Program-made: the position numbers and the translations under genes
Assembly: GCF_026210795.1 (NCBI RefSeq)
Contig: NC_089431.1
Coordinates: 3,100,001-3,164,000 of the forward strand
Source: Rhizophagus irregularis
Taxonomy: Eukaryota
DNA: 64,000 bases
Direction: 5' to 3'
Notes under the pieces: generated by a model
Databases searched by the model: none
Seen by the model: only the letters and a program-made list of their open reading frames with translations
Told to the model about the DNA's origin: nothing
Shown: positions 14,101 to 26,625 of the stretch, one piece after another
How the letters are laid out: every line of letters begins with the position of its first letter
Numbering within the stretch: the first letter of the stretch is position 1

Positions 14101-14824
14101 AATTGAGAATTGTGAATGATATCGACAAGATCTTCATATGCTTTCGTAGAAACATTATGTTTCTGAAGCCAGCAAAATAATGCCGTAGTTGTATAATTAT
14201 CAAAGTACGGTGCAAATTGACCATTGCGAACGGTATCTTGTCTTCATCTAACGCTTCAACGATTTGATGTATTTCTTCCTCTTCGTTATTACGTTCCTCT
14301 TCATCGTTATTACGTTCCTCTTCATCGTTATTACGTTCCTCTTCATCGTTATTACGTTCCTCTTCATCGTAATTACGTTCCTCTTCATCGTTATTACGTT
14401 CCTCTTCCACTTGATTATTATTATCATCATTATTACCTTCATCCTCCTCCTCTTCGTCATTGTTTTCATTATTATCTTCCTCCTCTTCCTCCTCTTCATA
14501 ATTGTATTCGTTATCACTTTCTTCTTCCTTTTCAGTATCAGATGAATTGACATTATCTTGCGAAAATATCATCTCATCATTGTAGTCTTGAGGATTAATT
14601 GATCCATATGCATTATCGTCATCATTAATGTCTTGAAAACTTAAATCATCTTTATGATTATACTGAAAGTCCATGTCATCGTTATCATTATCAGGTGAAC
14701 GTACAGGCGAACGAATTGCCACTCTCTCGTCAGAATCTGTTGTCTCATTAGGTTTGCTGTAAGAAAACCGATTTCGAATTCGAATTGGCTCTATTGGCTT
14801 GTTGTGACTATATCGTCTTCTCAT
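11132..14824 (-). pseudogene. CMC/EnSpm (Plavaka-like) transposase, intron-containing, with many frameshifts
   Basis: Acidic N-terminus (ORF 13907-14824); ...FWHGNLWGESPLFG; BAH-like YRSGDFVYY...KLGRLRSI; core LFLDLYYDDFGTFRNVYHSLGGVYVQFGN...TADLPQGND (ORF 12944-13408); EMVHRIFK (11840-12046); C-terminus VQKVHFIH...NNFYFTAI* ending at 11132. Frames are broken by indels (decay or assembly error). Confidence 0.7.
14280..14407 (-). repeat. 21-bp coding minisatellite (EEERNND, about 6 copies) in the transposase N-terminus
   Basis: Tandem TTCCTCTTCATCGTTATTACG. Confidence 0.9.
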
Positions 14825-15300
14825 TTTTATAACAATTTAAAATAATTCAAATTTAATTAGAACATAATTACCAGTGGTACCACTACCACAGTATCTGTTA
14901 TAAATTCAATTAGAACTAAATTTATTAAATACTATTAGTGTGTCGGCAAAAAAAAAATGCAATTAAGTAATCAATTCGGTTAAATTACTGCCGATTTGGC
15001 TACACAAAATTTAGGGTCAATTATACCGGTTAATGACAATTGGTATGACAAATAATATTATCGAAAATAGTCATTTATTGAATCAGAAAATAAAATAAAA
15101 TATATAATAATATAAAACATAATAATAAAATAAAATAAAACATATAATAATATAAACATAATAATAATTAAATAAAATAAAACATATAATAAAATAAAAC
15201 ATATAATAATAAAATAAAATAAAACATAATATTAAAATAAAATAAAACATAATAATAAAATAAAATAAAATATATTAAAATAATAAAATAAAAAATAAAA

Positions 15301-15921
15301 AATCAATGACGTCGGTGAGCAGCGCGCTCGGTGAGTAGGGGAGATCGAGAACGAGAGCGCCTCCTGCTCTCGGTGAGAGATCGAGAACGAGAGCGCCTGC
15401 GCTCTCGGTGGTAGTAGGGGATCGGGAGCGAGAGCGCCTGCGCTCTCTATACTCGTATGTCCTACGATCCATCCTATTTCTCCGGGCGGCCCGACTAATG
15501 CTTAAAACAAAGCAAGTATTAATATAAATGCAATGAATTAATGAAAAAATCAGTTAAATAATAAATACTTACGCTCCACTCTCCAAAACTCGTCAGAGAG
15601 TTCCTGGTGGAATCTCTCGTCATGCAAAGTCGGGGTACGAGTGGGATATCCTTCAGGATTTCTGTTTATTAATCTCTCTAAATTCTCGTACCCCGACTTT
15701 AGCGCATTCCATTTCTCTCTACATTGTTTTTTAGTTGGCCTGAATATGTGGTTGTTTCGTATATCACGAGCAATTCCACGCCATAATTGGTTTTGGTTAT
15801 GTAACCTCGTTGTGGTGAATAAGGGCTGATAGGCCCGACGACGCTGAATTAAGGTCAAAGCAGCGTCATCGGGCCATTGAATGTATACTGGAAGATTTGC
15901 GTTTAAGTTTAATGCTGCCAT
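15301..15921 (-). CDS. Myb/SANT-like (trihelix) DNA-binding protein; probable second exon rich in RS
   Basis: ORF 15550-15921 shows W-x4-(A)-x2-LI...LWRGIA...PTKKQCREKWNALKSGY, the Myb/SANT trihelix pattern. GTAAG donor after ..VE; downstream segment encodes RRRSRSRSP, but the splice frame and the 3' end are uncertain. Confidence 0.75.
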
Positions 15922-15986
15922 TATTAAATATTATTAGTTTGATGGGGAAAATGTCAAGAAAAGGCTCTATATTTATAATAAATTTA

Positions 15987-16400
15987 TTATGATTTCTTTG
16001 AGTTTATTTTTACGATCTTGTCTAAATTTTTTAGTTCTAATGCAATCATCCTTAATTAATTTATTTAACATTGAATACACACATAATTTTTTTTTGATTT
16101 CTTTGAGTTTATTTTTACGATCTTGTCTAAATTTTTTAGTTCTAATGCAATCATCCTTAATTAATTTATTTAACAATGAATACACACATAATTTTTTTTT
16201 GATTTCTTTGAGTTTATTTTTACGATCTTGTATCAGTTCTAATGCAATCATCTTTAATTAATTTATTTAACATTGAATACACACATATTTTTTTGATTTC
16301 TTTGAGTTTATTTTTACGATCTTGCCTAAATTTTTTAGTTCTAATGCAATCATCTTTAATTAATTTATTTAACATTGAATACACTCAATTTTTTGATTTA
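15987..16400. repeat. ~106-bp tandem repeat, about 4 copies, upstream of the Myb/SANT gene
   Basis: Repeated TTGATTTCTTTGAGTTTATTTTTACGATCTTG...AACATTGAATACACAC. Confidence 0.9.
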
Positions 16401-17060
16401 TCAATTTATTTTAAAAATATAATTATAGTAATACTGCATTAATTAATATATATAAATAAAAATAAATAAACAAATTCTATTAATAAAAAATGAGTTAAAA
16501 TGTTATCTTTATACTTTATAATTATAAAATATAATATTTTAAATCACGCATGTCCTTCCTTGATTATATTTCATATTACACTGCGATGATATATTACAAT
16601 TATACTGAATTTTAAGCTAACCTTAATTTACACCGTAACGAACTTAATTCGATCTTAATTTACTCCGTTTTAGGAATATTATCGAACAATTAAACAAATG
16701 ATTAGTTGCACATGACTTGTATTATTTGAATAGTTGATACTTTATATACCGATATTTGATTACACCAATATGTATTAAAACTCTTTCCTATCAGTAATTT
16801 CACAATTTCAATCAATATATCAGTATTTTTCAAATATCGTTGTAAGTCTACTACTGTAGATCCCATCTATTTTTTATGTAATCAATCCAGAGGCTTACAC
16901 TAAATAGATATGGCTTAGTTAGATAGGATCATCACATGGTTCATTGGCTCAGTTATTTTTCCGTCAAGCATCCAGGATCTTATAAATTTTTTTTTCTTTT
17001 TTTTCGCACGTCATCGTATCACACATAAAAATGGAAATTCAAAACGTAATATTCCATTAA

Positions 17061-17236
17061 TTTCTTCTCACTCCTTTTCTTCTACCGATCATTTTTCTTC
17101 TCACTCCTTTTCTTCTACCGATCATTTTTCTTCTCACTCCTTTTCTTCTACCGATCATTTTTCTTCTCACTCCTTTTCTTCTACCGATCATTTTTCTTCT
17201 CACTCCTTTTCTTCTACCGATCATTTTTCTTCTCAC
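17061..17236. repeat. 33-bp tandem repeat, about 5 copies
   Basis: TTCTTCTCACTCCTTTTCTTCTACCGATCATTT repeated. Confidence 0.9.
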
Positions 17237-17720
17237 CTTTCCATTATTTTTCTTCTCATTCCACGTATAGCCTGAAAAATATAATAAATTTGAAACCGTA
17301 AAATCGATTTGAGGTAATCTTCCATGTAAAAAAAAATTTCACTGAATGAAATTCGATATTGTAATAATTTATTTATATTAATTAAATTTAATTTTCGATC
17401 TTCTAGAAATCATAATTTTTAGTTTTCCCATCTCCTGATATTTTTAACTGATCCTGCATTCTACACGATACACAATGATATTAAGATCACGTATATTTTC
17501 CAATTAAATACTACAATCATAATTACAATAGCTAAAATCTCAAAATTATATCATGATAACCTCGCCCTTTTTTTTGTTCATTCAATATTTATCATCTACT
17601 TTTTTGAGCAAGAAAGTTGCTCTACATTTTTTATTCATTCATATTTTCTCGATAAATATCACCTACTTTTAAACAAAAAGGTTGTTCCACTTTTTTTTCG
17701 CTCATATTTTTTTTTATATT

Positions 17721-18033
17721 ATGACGACTAAACGTAAATTACCTAATAAATCGTCTGATGATAATCAAGAAATGGAAGTTGAAGGAGGTATGTAGATATA
17801 ACTCTTTTGTAAATTTATAGTAAGTTTTGCTTATATAGTTATATGTAAGAAGAATAATTAATAAATACCAAAAATATGTATAATAGGATCGAAAAGAAAA
17901 CAAATTACGAAAAAAAGAAGAGATATTGACATTGAGAAAGCCAATCAGTTGATGAAAAAAAGTAAAAATAGTAATAAAGAAGCTGCCGAATCTGCTGATA
18001 AAGAAGTTATAGTAGTAAATGAAAAAAGAAGTA

Positions 18034-18071
<38 letters not shown>

Positions 18072-18969
18072 AATGATGATGATGAGAGTAAGACGGAAGA
18101 TCATAAAAAACCCGAAGTATTTCAATCAAAGTCAAATTTAGAAATAGTTGCTTGGCTCGTCGACCATCCGGAAATTTTAAGATTGGCACTAGAAATGAAC
18201 AATACGGATGTTGCTATCTCATCATCCAGTAAAATTACGGACGTAAGTATTAAATTAACATGATTTTATTATGTCTAAATCTTTTAAATAATGTATTTTT
18301 AATATTTTAGGATAAAATTCGTCTATGGGACGAAAGTGTCAAGTGTCTTTTTTTACGTGCAAGAAGTCCGCGTGGTGAAGTTTTTGATGAGTTGATAACA
18401 AAAATTTTCAAAATAAAAATACATTCGAACGAAGCTAAAAGCTACCTCGAAAAAACCCGAAAATTTTTTATCAATTTCAGAAATAAGTTTAACCAAATTA
18501 TTTTAACTTCTGTAGAAGAATTTAAAGAAATAAGAAAAAACAGGTATTTATTTAATTGTTTCGTAGCTAACCAAATAGTGCTGTTTGTATTAATTATTAA
18601 TTTAATTATAGAGCATCTACTGGAAGTTTATCTCAAAAGGAACTTATAGATTACGTTGATGAAGAATTTGTCCAAAAGATTTTAAGCCGACAGCTTGTAG
18701 CTGTTAATATTTCAGAATTAACAAGAAATGGAGGATTCAATACCTTGGTTGATTTCGTAAGAGAAACCTTTAAGGTTTCATGGAACGGAAAAAATTTGTC
18801 CGCCGTTAAAGAATTAGATAATATGACCAAAAAATTAACGATCCCTTCTAGGAGCGGAAATAAGATCGTTGATTCTTTATCGGTAAGTTATTTTATTTAT
18901 ACTGTACTGATACTTCATATCCTTTAATCATAGTTATTAATAATAATATTAAATTATACATAGTTATAA
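17721..18969 (+). CDS. Intact 5-exon hypothetical protein (~310 aa) carried in the transposon; basic N-terminus, poly-Asp tract, helical C-terminal domain
   Basis: Approximate exons 17721-17787, 17887-18242, 18311-18543, 18612-18882 and 18964-18969, joined by GT-AG introns, give an open frame MTTKRKLPNK...DKIRLWDESVKCLFLRARSP...KLTIPSRSGNKIVDSLSL*. Confidence 0.75.
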
Positions 18970-20859
18970 ATCTTAGCAAACGCTCTAATTTTTTTATAAA
19001 ATTATGCATTTTATAACGATATTACATTGAATAAATTTAGTAAATTTTACAAGCAAATGATAATATGAAACATCATTATTCTAAACATTATACCATAATG
19101 TCGAGTGATAATAATATAAAATAAAATGGATGTATAAAACTATAAAATGTTTGTCTAAGATATAACATTTTCAAGTTTAAAAAGTAATTGTTGTTTTGTT
19201 AAAAATGGAATGGTTATTATATGACGTTTCTTCTTTAGTATATACGGCCTAAATATCTCTATATATTTGACGTTCTTATACAGATCAAAAAGAATACATT
19301 TGCGTAACATTTGCGTAAAGTAAGAACTTTAAAGTTTAAGCCAATTCTGACTGGTAATTTACAAAATAACAAACACATTTCTTAAAAAAAAATTCTGAAT
19401 CAGAATACTTTTCCGGTTTCCATCTTCGATTCTGCAAAAAATTGAAAAGTTCAGGTGATAATTTAAGAAATATCCACCTATAAAGAGACTAAACAATTAT
19501 CAGGTTGATCAAGTTCGTGTAATACCAAATTTAATAAATTGTCTGATTAAATGATCGCGTATATTAAATGATCGCGTATATTATAAGGCTATAAGGCCTA
19601 TTAATTCCTAAAAAGTCAATTTAACCACTATTTTATTTAACCGCTATTTATTTGTACGTTTTTTTTTTTTGAAAAAAAAAAACTTTCTTTCTGAAAGTAG
19701 AGTCTTCCTCCTATACCGTTTGCCGTCGTGCATAGTGTGTTATAGGAAAAGGCGGACTTGAATTATATAGGTGTAAGCTTATGTTATATAGGCGTAAAGC
19801 TTATATAATTAACGCAACGAAAATCCTTTAATCGAAAGGTTAAAATAGGCATGATGGGATATTCTCATATATCAGGAGCTCTGTCTGTTCGAAGTGTCGT
19901 TTTATATATAATTAAGTAGGCTTAAGTCGTAAGTAACTTTTTTATAACATTGATTATTGGAGAATTAAGTGGCAAAAATAATTTTTAGTTTGTAAGACTT
20001 TTAACTCCATACCAACTTGTGTGTGTTTGGCGTGTAATTAATTCCCTAACCCTTAGACCCACTCGTGGGTTAGGTAGGTTGCTTTGCACTTCTTGCAGCC
20101 TACCTTATAATGGGTTTTAGGTCCACGTTTGCCCATTTAAAATTTATTAAACAGGATGTCATTCGTCCAAACACATTGCAACGTTTGTTGATGAAGCTAT
20201 AGTTGTCTAATAAAAGTTCGCTTTGCCAGGCAATTTATGGTGGATTCAATGGATCAAATTACAAACAACAATAATGCAGTCATATGAGAATTCCAGGCCA
20301 AAGAATAAGGGTGAATTGTCAAAGTTGAGAATATATTTGTATTTTTTTTTTAAAGCCGTCATTCTCATGAACTTTTTCATTGTATCCCTAAATTCAATGA
20401 TTTTGGTAATGATGAAACTGCAGTTGTTTATAGGGGTTTCCCGCCAAACTTCTGAGGTGAATTTATGTCTGGTGTTTTCGAATATACTTATCCTTTTTGC
20501 AATAGAGTCGTAGCGAGTCTTCTTAAAGCGTACCTGTGACACCCCATCCAACTTGGGCAGTGTCGCTGAATCTAAAGCAAGGTACCCGGTTAATCCTCAA
20601 CTTTGGGTTGATGAGTTATGATTCTGGAGTATTAAGGCATAATGTTTTGACTTACATCACCAATTTAACTCATAATTCTAATTTATTGAATTAGTTTATT
20701 ATAGATTTATTGATATTTTTTTTATCTGTTATATAATATTTAAACTAATGTATACTTTATCTGTAATTAAAATTGTTATTGTAATAAATAACCGGTAACT
20801 TAAATCTATTGAAATTAACTTTTAAATTAGATTACAAATTATTAAAATATTATAAAACG

Positions 20860-21660
20860 ATATTTGATTGATTTGATATTTTTATAGATAATATCATTTT
20901 GATATTATTTTGATACTGAATTAATATTAAAATAATATTATATTGATATTGCATTTATTAAAAAAAATCATTATTGTTATAACAATATCAAAATGATATC
21001 GTTTCGTTATTTGTCAATATCGATTAGATAATTATAAAGTGATATCTTTACGATATCATATTGATATTGAATTAATGTTAGAACGATATCATATTAATAT
21101 CGTATTTACTTTCTATTTTTCATTATTGTTATAACAATATCGAAATATCGATATGATATCGATTTGATGTTTCGTCAATATCGTTATGATGTCGATTAGA
21201 TAATTATAAAGTGATATCTTTACGATATCATATTGATATTGAATTAATGTTGGAACGATATCATATTAATATCGTATTTACTTTCTATTTTTCATTATTG
21301 TTATAACAATATCGAAATATCGATATGATATCGATTTGATGTTTCGTCAATATCGTTATGATGTCGATTAGATAATTATAAAGTGATATCTTTACGATAT
21401 CATATTGATATTGAATTAATGTTGGAACGATATCATATTTATATCGTATTTACTTCCCATTTTTCAAAAAATTCATTGTTGTTATAACAATATCGAAATG
21501 ATATCGATCTGATATTTTTTCAAACAAATATCTTTACGATATCATTTCGATATATTGAATTAATATTGAAATGATATCATTGCGATATCATAATGATATC
21601 ATTTGCAAATCGATATCGCCACGATATTTATTTAACATCATTATTATATCAATTCGGTAT
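20860..21660. repeat. Right subterminal repeats (~180-bp unit, about 3 copies plus degenerate ones)
   Basis: Repeated GATAATTATAAAGTGATATCTTTACGATATCATATTGATATTGAATTAATGTT. Confidence 0.9.
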
Positions 21661-22418
21661 TGTTTAAAAATTCAAGGTTTCTGTAAAGTTACCTAATATC
21701 ACTTTAATATAAAAGCTTACCTCCCCTCCCCTAGGTAAAATATGTTATATATAATTCCTTATATAATATTATATGTAACCTAAGATCTTTATTTACCCCC
21801 TTCTCCCTAAAATATTAAGTAATATCTGACAGCACCCTAAATATACAAAAAAATAAAATGGTTATATTTTAAGAAGATTATATTAATAATAATGAGTCAT
21901 AATGAGTTATAATATAATTAATTATACTATGGATTAGATTTATTATTAATAATTATAAATAATTATTAGTAAAAAGAATTTTTTAAAAGTTTTTAATGTA
22001 TAAAAGGATTCCAAAGTTTTCGATAAACACACAAATGAAAAAAATCATCAAACAGAATAAATATTTCAAATATTAAAAGTATTATTATATTGGCATTAAT
22101 AAATATTTTAAATATCAAACATATTATTAGAAACCTTTTAAAATCTAAAAATTATTATGGCATTTTTAGAAATTTACACTATTTATGATTATATTATGTG
22201 GCAAGTTCATAAAAAGTATCATACTGTTATTTACATTATACGCATTATTTTTTGTCTAGTTCAAAAAAATGATAAAGAAATGTTGAATAATTCTGGTAAA
22301 ATATTTAAAAGAAATTATATTATTATTCATTTTAGTTGAATTATTTGTATGAAAATGATTATAAATTATTTCAAAATTTTTATTACTTATATTAATTTAT
22401 TTTCATTCTTCATCAAAG

Positions 22419-22642
22419 CAAAAATTGATGAAAATTCTAACCCTAATAATCCAGCCTCGACGTTGGATGATGATAATCTTGAAGATCTTTCACCTACATT
22501 AATATATGATCCTAATATAGATTACGAAAGACTTGTGTGTGATTCTATTTATGAGGAGCTCAAAGGTGATCCATATATTGAAGAAATGATGAAGATAATT
22601 AGACAACAAGAAGATTATGAAGAAGATTATGAAGAATCGTAG
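22419..22642 (+). CDS. Possible terminal exon or fragment of a small acidic protein
   Basis: Protein-like stretch AKIDENSNPNN...YERLVCDSIYEELKGDPYIEEMMKII after a candidate AAG acceptor; upstream exons not found. Confidence 0.3.
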
Positions 22643-24856
22643 TCAAGTAGGTGAGAGAGTAATAAAAAGAAATTTTTCAACAACATGCATATAAACTTCA
22701 AAATAATTTAACAATAATATATCTATATTAATACTTAACGCTTCACATAAAAAAAAACAGATTAGTTAAAAAACTTATATATTAAAAAATTTAAGGGGCA
22801 ATTTGTAAATGATATATAGTAAAATGTAAATCTAAAAATAACTATTATTATATAAAAATATATTACAATATATATAGTAATAACAACCAGTGTTTATTTT
22901 TCACTGTGCGGCATATGCGCAGCGCACATGATCAGAATTTTGTGCACACTTTTTTTAGAAAGAATATGTGGTATGTGCACAAAAAAATTTGAAATATACT
23001 TATATAATTGGGTGTATATATGTATTACAGTACCTATTATAGTAGTATAGCTATACCACTTTGCCACATAGTAAGACTCAATAAATTGTGTGCCATCTGC
23101 ACAATAACTTTTTATCAAAAAATTAATACTGATAACAACTATATATGATAATAGTATTTTTTAGTAACACCTGATATTATAGAATGTAAATAGATTGCTT
23201 CTTAAAAAGTAAGATATTTTAATTTAATAAAATAAAATTAGTGCTATTTGAAAGTTCAAAAGTTATACTTTTAATATATCATAAAAAAATTATATTTTCT
23301 CAAAATCTTTAAATTAATAACAAATTGTGAACAAATTTGAAACATATTAAAAATTTTTATTTAATGCTAATTTTTAGTAGTACAAGATTTGTAATTAGTA
23401 ATTGATGATACTGATAACTATTATGATTTATATATAATATATATAATAACTATTATATATTAAATATATAAAATTTTGATAATACAGAATTTAAACACTC
23501 TGAATTAGTCCCAATTTTTGTAGCTATTTTAATATGCTTAAGAGTCTTTCTTTGTATTATTATTTTTTTTTTTTGATTTCCATTTTTTTTGTAAACCATC
23601 TTATTCTGACTTTTTTTGTAAATTGTTATAATTTGTAATTCATAATATTTGATATTTTTAAGTTCTATCTTTTTAAGGTTATTTTTCATTTTATTATTAC
23701 TCTTTTTAATATATGATTTCACATCAAAGAGAAGATAATGGAATTCACTATAACTACTTTTAAATTTTTCATTATATCTGTTTATAACTCTTTCTTGCCA
23801 CTTTTCAATAATCTCATAAATATCATTAATAATATTTCATGTGGATTCTTCAAGACATTTTTCTACTTTATCTTTATTGATATTTAAAGTTAAGTTCAGC
23901 AAAAATAATTGATTTAATACAAATAGAAAGAACTTGCATTTTAATATTCTGCCATCAATTTCAGTTTCACCTTTATCTTCACTTCTGTTTCAATCACCAC
24001 CACACTTACCTATTGTTTTATTCTTCTCTAAAGCAATAAAAACAATTATTAATATTTTATATATTTATGAAAAAAGTTACTTTTTATCAAGTTGTATCTT
24101 TTTTCTAATCCTTCTTTAAAAAATAAAGATTTATAAGCATGGGTAAAAAAGCAGTTCCTATTTGTATACTACTTTCTTTATAGAATTAAAACAAGTTTGA
24201 TAATAATGTAAAAAGAGAATTAACAATATATTTGAATAAACTATTTCAATAAGAGAATTCCAACAAGCTATTAATTATCTTTTTACAATTACTGAATGGT
24301 AAATTATTGTACAAAACAGATTTTGATCAATTAGAAAAAAACTGAAAAATGGAATTAAACTGAACCATTTGGAACATTAAATATTACATGAAAAAATATG
24401 AAAAAAAGACCATGCCTTATTTGTGAATTTTCTACTGCTTCTACTACAGGATGCTATTCCAAACATTTTGCTAAATTCTACTATGTACTGAATTATTGGA
24501 TAAGGCAGAAGTATGGGGTGATGTAGTTTACTTTAGTAAATATCTGGTTAAGACCCTTCATCCCAAAAGACTACTGAATTATTTGCCAAGGAGTGAGCAA
24601 AAAATATTATTCCATTTATTAGTTGATTATTATATAAAATTTTGGCAGACACAAGGATAGAAATATTTTTTAATAATATATACTGATAAATGAAACCTTC
24701 TGCAAAATTATATACAGTAAAAGGCTTCACCTACCTGATTTATAATCAAATAGTATTAGTACATATCAAATAAGTCCTGAATATCTTCTATGATTTGCAT
24801 GATATTCACTAGTAAGATTATCTAATATTAATTCATGAGAGTTTACTGTAACCATA

Positions 24857-25990
24857 TCAAATATCTTCATCATTTTTCCAATAAGTTTCTTCACCCATTT
24901 GATATGAAGGTAATCTAGGAGTATCTTTACTATCAAATGAACCTACTAGGTGATAATATCTATGATTCTTGTCTATAGTCTTAAATTTCAATCCATAGGT
25001 TACATGTAGTGTTGAGTTCAGTAAACCAAGTTTTGCCTGATTTGTTTTCAATCCTGATTTTTTAGCTCTGCACAATGCATCTGTATTATCAAATACCTGA
25101 GCCATTTTGAAACTAAATTCTAGAAATGTGATATCGATTCAGGAAGATTCAGGAGAATTTAAATGCATCTTAATATCCTTAGGTTTATATCTAGCTCTAT
25201 CATCAATTTCTTTAGCTGGTGTGCAAATCCTTAAAAATTCTAGGCAAATTCGATGCCTCTCAAGTAGAGTTCCACAACAGATAATCACATTTTGACAGTT
25301 GTACGCTCATTTAATTAATATAAAAGAGCATTTTTTTTTAGGGATATCCTAAGAGCATAATACAGTATATAATTTAATAAATAAACTTTCTCTTCAAAAA
25401 TGAAAGTGAGGAGAAATTAGGAACAGATTAAAATATCATCCAACAGATGAAAATTTCAATCCATCTAAGATTTCACCCCATTTATTTTATGTTCAATTAA
25501 TTAAATATTGCATAGTCTGATCACCTTACATTGAATGCAGTTCCTAAATTATAAATTATGAAATATAAATGTTTCTTTCCAAAAATAAATGAGAAGAGAT
25601 TGATCATCCGTCGGATGTCAGATTGGAACTCTACTCTCAAGTCTCAGCTCAGGTTGCAGTTGTAAGCTTATTCTTTCTGTAATCTTTATGGGAAATAGCC
25701 TCAACAGCTGTTTCATTATTAGTACCGCATCCCGTAATTGCTTATAAGCTCTGAACCATTTCATATGATTATAATTCCCATATTTTAAGATGAAATCTTC
25801 GGTCAATGGTGAAATCTCATACTGAGCAATTTGTAATGTGATGTCGGTCTATAGACTGTATCTCTTCTAAAGTCTTCTTTGGCTTATTCTTCAATAATTC
25901 AGCAGTCTCATGATTGATTATAGAAGCATTAAATATATCTGGTATCTCCTCTGCTTTAACGATAGAGGAATTTACTTTCACCATTAAATT
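24857..25990 (-). pseudogene. Fragment of a Glomeromycotina repeat-borne protein family (C-terminal region of 'replication origin-binding protein'-like helicases)
   Basis: Collinear pieces VKVNSSIVKAEE...KPKKTLEE..IDRHHI, FILKYGNYNHMKWFRAY, ERHRICLEFLRICTP and FDNTDALCRAKKSGLKT...YYHLVGSFD, with stops and a MITE insertion. The family assignment is from recollection, not a search. Confidence 0.5.
25265..25633. mobile_element. hAT-type MITE inserted in the pseudogene
   Basis: TIR TAGAGTTCCA / TGGAACTCTA; 8-bp TSD CTCTCAAG (25257-25264, 25634-25641). Confidence 0.8.
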
Positions 25991-26625
25991 ATTGTGCCAA
26001 TTTTTCATTTGTTTTGTAACTTCTCCAGCCCAACGCAAAATATTGCATTACCGTAATTCCCATTTTCCAATTCATCTATAACCCCTTCTTATGTAACCTT
26101 CCTTTTTATAATCAACTCTTCCATATCTTCTCCTTTACTGAGTCAACAATTTTTGGAACAAGCCAAAGTTTAATCTTAAGTGTGATATACTAACGGGTTA
26201 ATGATTACAATTTGTTTTAATAAATTGTAGAATTTAAAAAATCACAGCAATAAGTAAAATACATGAAATCTAGCTATTAAACTTGACAAGAAGTGCGCAT
26301 CCCACAATGCACATCCCACAATGGGGACCCATCCTTCGACTTAAAAAGCTTTATAAACTGATGAGAAAAAAATTCATTTGATATTGATATTATCAGATAC
26401 AAATATTCTATCATTACACGTCAATTGTATAATTCAGCGCATTATGAAGTTGATATGTTCGAATGATGAAATTGTCAAAAATATACTCGCGTTTTATTTG
26501 AAAAAAATAAAATAAAATAAACCATAAAAAAAAAGATGAATTCAAATAAGGTTCATCTTATTGTTCACGGTAAAAAAACAATTGCGAAATTTAGATACCT
26601 CCCCTATTAAACGATCATTTCCTAG

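Larger units (their letters stand above)
8795..21688. mobile_element. Complete ~12.9-kb CMC/EnSpm (Plavaka-like) DNA transposon with cargo genes
   Basis: Imperfect TIRs CTTTGCTGAAACTTGGAGTTT / AAATTCAAGGTTTCTGTAAAG; 2-bp TSD (TT), defined by the interrupted host MITE; long GATATC/CGATAT-rich subterminal arrays at both ends; internal transposase relic. Confidence 0.8.
8778..21837. mobile_element. PIF/Harbinger (Tourist-like) MITE of ~165 bp, split by the 12.9-kb insertion
   Basis: Termini GGGCACTGTCAGATATT (8778) / AATATCTGACAGCACCC (ends 21837) with TAA on both sides. Removing 8795-21688 plus one TT restores a continuous TIR (GATATTACCTAATAT vs GATATTACTTAATAT). Confidence 0.8.

Noticed and set aside
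14224..14553. Repetitive ORFs (YYVPLHR, VITFLFI, MKRNVIT)
   Set aside because: Alternative frames of the 21-bp EEERNND minisatellite.
15973..16442. ORFs made of the 106-bp tandem repeat
   Set aside because: By-products of a non-coding repeat; the unit length is not a multiple of 3.
20044..20055. Telomere-like CCCTAACCCTTA
   Set aside because: Fewer than two full units; consistent with chance.
20246..20551. 101-aa - strand ORF in the large transposon
   Set aside because: TTG start, no recognisable motif and no consistent splice model; at most a pseudogene fragment.
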